Source of the DNA: an uncultured Gammaproteobacteria bacterium
GTDB lineage: Bacteria > Patescibacteriota > Patescibacteriia > Patescibacteriales > UBA12075
Length of the DNA: 64,000 nucleotides
NCBI GenBank assembly: GCA_964459725.1
Contig: CAYWNT010000001.1
Location: 155,529 to 219,528, forward strand
Reading direction: 5' to 3'
In this document: positions 62,184 to 64,000 of the stretch, piece after piece
How the letters are laid out: the number at the start of each line of letters is the position of its first letter
Position numbering within the stretch: position 1 is the first letter of the stretch
Notes under the pieces: generated by a model
The model's input: the letters and a program-made list of their open reading frames with translations, nothing else
The model's database searches: none
What the model was told of the DNA's origin: nothing
Made by a program: the position numbers and the translations under genes

Positions 62184-62252
62184 AATTACGAATTATTAAT
62201 TACGGAATATAAAATTAATATTTTTTTGTATCGTAATTCGTAATTATTAATT
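62184..62252. repeat. AATTACG heptamer inverted repeat
   Basis: AATTACGAATTATTAATTACG (62184..62204) faces CGTAATTCGTAATTATTAATT (62232..62252). Confidence 0.85.
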
Positions 62253-62930
62253 TTTAATTGTTTTATTGATTATTTCTTCAAAGGCGGAAAGTGGTAAACT
62301 TCCCTTTACTTTATGTCCGTTAATGAACCAAGTTGGCGTCCCTGTGATGCCAAGTTCTTGTCCGTCAGAAAAATCTTTCTGTATTTTGCTTAAATATTTT
62401 TTACTATCAAAGCATTTAGTAAATCTCTCAACGTCAGTTCCGACCTGCATAGCCAGATTTATAATTTCTTTTCTTTCTGCCACTCCTTGGTTTATAAATA
62501 ACTTATCGTGCATTGGCCAGAAAAGACCTTGCTCACCAGCGCACCTGCCGGCCATTGCCAGATCTCCTGACTGCTCTGTAATTATTGGGTAATCTCGGAA
62601 TATTATTTTTACATTTTTTTTATATTTACGGCTTAATTCTCTGATTACGGGAAATGAATTTTTGCAGTAAGGACAAGAGAAGTCGCTAAATTCAACTATG
62701 GTAATTTTAGGGTTCGTAGCTCCGATTGAGAAATTGTCACCCGGGCCTGTAATTATTTTAGATATTTCTGTGCCTCCTGAGGTTGGGTTAGGGACCAATT
62801 GGCCCTGATTGCTTTTTTTAATAACATTTAATACCAAAAATACAAATGCTATCAAAAATATTAGAGCAATCGTAAAAAGGGCAATAAACAAAATGCCCCA
62901 TTTTTTTTTATACCAACGCTTGTTGTCCAT
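62247..62930 (-). CDS. DsbA-family thioredoxin-fold protein with N-terminal TM anchor
   Basis: TM helix, and the FSCPYCK active site. Confidence 0.8.
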   Translation of the reverse strand: MDNKRWYKKKWGILFIALFTIALIFLIAFVFLVLNVIKKSNQGQLVPNPTSGGTEISKIITGPGDNFSIGATNPKITIVEFSDFSCPYCKNSFPVIRELSRKYKKNVKIIFRDYPIITEQSGDLAMAGRCAGEQGLFWPMHDKLFINQGVAERKEIINLAMQVGTDVERFTKCFDSKKYLSKIQKDFSDGQELGITGTPTWFINGHKVKGSLPLSAFEEIINKTIKN

Positions 62931-63226
62931 TGACCAAAATGCTACAATAGACTTGGGTATGCAATCAGCCGTTATAATGATTCTTGTTTTTTTATCCTGA
63001 TCATTTGTGAGGAAAGGGCTAATTATCTCCTTGGGTCTAAAGATCTAGCTTGATTAACTTTTTATAATTATAACATATTTCTATGAATTCGCAAAATTTA
63101 AAAAATTCATATAAGTTGGATGATGCTGAAAAGAAATATTCAAAAAAAGACAAGAGAAAAAGAAAGGCGATGAAGGTGAATGGCGCTGGTGTAAAAAGGT
63201 TAAGTAAGATAATAAAAGATAAATAA

Positions 63227-64000
63227 ATGAAAATTATATCTTGGAATATAAATGGAATAAGAGCGGTGATCAAAAAAGGATTTCTTGATTTTTTAAAAAA
63301 AGAAAAGCCTGATATTTTGTGTTTGCAGGAGATAAAAATTTGCGAAAAGGCAAGAGAGAAAGAAAATATATCATTCCCAGGCTATGAAGTGTTTTGGAAT
63401 AGTGCTACAAGACCCGGCTATAGCGGAACGGCAATACTTATTAAGAGCACTACACAAAAGAAAAATAAATTTACAATTGAAAATGGGTTGGGGATTGAGA
63501 AATTTGATACCGAGGGCAGAACTCAGGTTCTTGAGGCCGGAGATTTTTATCTGATTAATAATTATTTTCCAAATGCGAATCATGAACTATCTAGGCTTTC
63601 ATACAGACTAGAGTTCAATAACGCCTTACTTAAAAAGGCAAAAAAAATGGAAAACCCTTCGACTGGCTCACGACAGGGAAAACCAGTTATCGTCTGCGGA
63701 GATTTCAATGTAGCTCATGAGGAGATTGATTTAGCTAGACCGAAAGACAATGTCGGTAATCCTGGGTTTACTTATGAGGAACGAGACTGGATGACGAAAT
63801 TTCTGAGCCAAGGCTTTGTTGACACTTATAGGCACTTTTTTCCTGATGGCAGGGATTACACCTGGTGGAGTTATAGGTTTGGGGCTAGGGCCAGAGACAT
63901 TGGCTGGAGGATTGACTATTTCTGTGCTTCTGATAAGATAATAAGAAGGATAAATAAGCCGTTTATAAAAAAAGATATACTCGGTTCTGATCATTGTCCA
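63227..64000 (+). CDS. xth: exodeoxyribonuclease III, partial (C-terminus beyond window edge)
   Basis: Not in the ORF track because there is no stop. ATG 63227 gives MKIISWNINGIRA...DILCLQEIK...VIVCGDFNVAH...WWSYRFGARARDIGWRIDYF...GSDHCP. Confidence 0.9.
   Translation, partial: MKIISWNINGIRAVIKKGFLDFLKKEKPDILCLQEIKICEKAREKENISFPGYEVFWNSATRPGYSGTAILIKSTTQKKNKFTIENGLGIEKFDTEGRTQVLEAGDFYLINNYFPNANHELSRLSYRLEFNNALLKKAKKMENPSTGSRQGKPVIVCGDFNVAHEEIDLARPKDNVGNPGFTYEERDWMTKFLSQGFVDTYRHFFPDGRDYTWWSYRFGARARDIGWRIDYFCASDKIIRRINKPFIKKDILGSDHCP

Noticed and set aside
36188-62252. The many short direct repeats might have been CRISPR arrays.
   Set aside because: The units are 7 to 14 nt and directly tandem or inverted, with no unique 25-40-nt spacers. 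No cas genes are present, and several tracts lie inside ORFs.
63083-63226. 47-aa Lys-rich plus-strand ORF (MNSQNLKNSYKLDDAEKKYSKKDKRKRKAMKVNGAGVKRLSKIIKDK). Its stop abuts the xth ATG.
   Set aside because: It is below the ORF-track threshold, has no SD, and its composition is what AT-rich spacer yields by chance. The exact stop-start abutment is noted, but I do not call it a gene without conservation evidence.
63037-63273. 78-aa minus-strand ORF between the DsbA-family gene and xth.
   Set aside because: It is a Phe/Ile/Leu low-complexity translation of AT-rich spacer and overlaps the xth start.
1-64000. The genome might use an alternative genetic code (UGA recoding, as in some CPR lineages).
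   Set aside because: Many well-supported genes terminate at TGA, for example at 4696..4698 and 16620..16622. Conserved proteins such as RpoB, RpoC, IleRS and UvrB are full-length under the standard code.

Overview
AT-rich, densely packed bacterial chromosomal segment with about 65 protein genes. It uses the standard code: TGA is a frequent stop and the long ORFs are intact. I found no rRNA, tRNA, CRISPR array, transposase or integrase. Recognisable housekeeping genes are uvrB, ileS, ruvA, rpoB, rpoC, an M17 leucyl aminopeptidase, htpX, lemA, pcm, xth (partial), a PilB/GspE-type ATPase, a FemAB-family gene next to a MurE-like ligase, a two-component pair, an ABC-2 transporter triplet and a four-subunit 2-oxoacid:ferredoxin oxidoreductase (por). 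The gene content includes a TrbC/VirB2-type pilin, a CxxC-x17-CxxC protein, a four-helix-bundle protein, many orphan secreted proteins and only fragments of nucleotide metabolism. This suggests a Candidate Phyla Radiation / Patescibacteria-like genome, which is inference only. Main observations: (1) IleRS carries a roughly 187-aa histidine-phosphatase (PGAM-type) domain inserted in its catalytic core. (2) Several families of short GC-rich hairpin cores, often flanked by 7-nt-periodic tandem repeats (AAAGTC, CACATAAC, GACGACA, TAATTTC, AATTACG), fill intergenic spacers. They also sit in frame, in a constant codon phase, inside ileS, the FemAB-family gene, the U32 peptidase gene and xth, reminiscent of Rickettsia palindromic elements. 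(3) The por operon keeps its gamma-delta-alpha-beta order but is interrupted at two junctions by four unrelated genes. (4) Three long AT-rich nested palindromes built on GTAC/ATAC plus TTTAAT units lie at gene 3' ends. (5) A four-member family of roughly 80-aa proteins is present, one copy frameshifted. (6) A stand-alone PurH IMP-cyclohydrolase domain sits next to a long, divergent ThyX-like protein. All functional calls come from motif recognition by eye; no database search was run.
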